Origin: Octopus vulgaris
Lineage: Eukaryota
NCBI GenBank assembly: GCA_951406725.2
Contig: OX597833.1
Location: 28,520,001 to 28,584,000, forward strand
Direction: 5' to 3'
Length of the DNA stretch: 64,000 nt
Shown here: positions 62,829-64,000 of the stretch, piece by piece
Numbering within the stretch: position 1 is the stretch's first letter
Layout of the letters: each line of letters starts with the position of its first letter
Translations under genes and position numbers: made by a program
The notes under the pieces: model-generated
The model's input: the letters and a program-made list of their open reading frames with translations, nothing else
The model's database searches: none
What the model was told of the DNA's origin: nothing

Positions 62829-64000
62829 TTTGTAAAAGACACCTGTACCAGTGACACCTAAAAGACTCCAAGTACACTCTATAAAGAGGCTGGCATTAAG
62901 AAGAGCATCCTGCTGTAGAAAACTAGCCAAAACAGATGACCATTTAAGTCATAGCAGCATGGTAAACGGACCTTAAAAGAGGATGATACAGACACACACA
63001 CACAACTTTTAATTATTCTTTCTGCTATAGGCATAAGGCCTGAAATATTGGGAGAGGGGGCAAGTCAATGACATCAACCCCAGTGCCCAACTGGTACTTA
63101 ATTTATAGAGCCCAAAAGAATGAAAGGCAGAGTCAACCTCAGCAGAATTTGAACTCAGAATGTAAAGACAGACAAAATACTGCTAAGCATTTTGCCTGGC
63201 ATGCTAACATTTCTGCCAGCTTTCTACCTTAAACAAATGAAATATCATAGGTACAATGGGGTGCTTATATATGAACAAATCTTGAAATGAAGAAATTGAA
63301 TAAAGAAGGGTTTGTCTGAAGAAAATTGGTGCCACATGAAAGTAGTCATTCAAGTGCCAGGTAAAAGTGCCCATGCCAGTGGCACATAAAAGCACCTATC
63401 CCAGTGTCACTTAGAAGTGCCCATGCAGGTTATGTGGGTGTCAAATAAAAGTGCCTGTGCTAGTGTCATGTAAAAGTGCCTGAACAGGTGCCATGTAAAA
63501 GCATCCAGTACACCATAAAGTTTGGCATTAGGAAGGTCATCCAGATGTAGAAACCATGCCAAAGCAGACAAATTTCATTGCCTTTCATTTGTGTGTATGT
63601 GTATCTATGTGCATGCACAAGTGTGTATTAGTGTGCATGTGTGTGTGTGTGTCACTATTGAAGTCGTTCATGCAACTTGTTTGTGTGTATTGACTTAGTG
63701 GTATAGAATTTTTGGAAACTGTATATAAGGTGCAAGTTTTGAGTACTTGTCAGTAACTTTTTCACATCGTTTTCTAATAGTAATTACCCAACTTTCTAGG
63801 CTTTTCTCACAGCTATCCTGCATTCAAAAATTATACAGGTATTTAAAAAAATTCTCATTCAATAAATAATGTTTTTACATTATGTATACATTGATAAAAT
63901 AAACTGTCGGTTTTCCAAATAGTGAATTAAAACTTAAAAGACAAAGTGAGAGACTTTGCAAATGGAAATGGAATACTCTGCAGTGAATGCAATGAATATT

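Overview
Eukaryotic, AT-rich and almost entirely repeat-derived DNA. The SINE/LINE repertoire and long (TA)n/(CA)n tracts look like an octopus (coleoid cephalopod) genome; this is inference from family resemblance. The only host-gene feature I can support is a probable first coding exon of TMEM145 (minus strand, 10791-10892: signal peptide + KRVTGHLVTKE, then a phase-0 GTAAG donor) in a TE-poor island. The rest is a nested mosaic: RTE LINEs (one family with a PHD finger inside the RT domain), CRE-clade, L1/Tx1 and CR1-like fragments, Penelope-like elements (PLEs), Tc1/mariner, hAT, Helitron and piggyBac-like remnants, a Merlin transposase fossil, GG-terminal 8-bp-TSD MITEs carrying (TTAGGG)n, and several tRNA-derived SINE families. 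The strongest unexplained signal is about a dozen sequence-diverse type-I hammerhead ribozyme (HHR) motifs. Most sit in short non-coding units wedged into (TA)n tracts, several are inverted (palindromic) pairs, and two unrelated families carry a tRNA-like Pol III box module just upstream of the ribozyme. This suggests a family of PLE-dependent, retrozyme-like micro-elements. No CRISPR array, rRNA or bona fide tRNA gene was seen. Coordinates were counted by eye and boundaries of degraded repeats are approximate.
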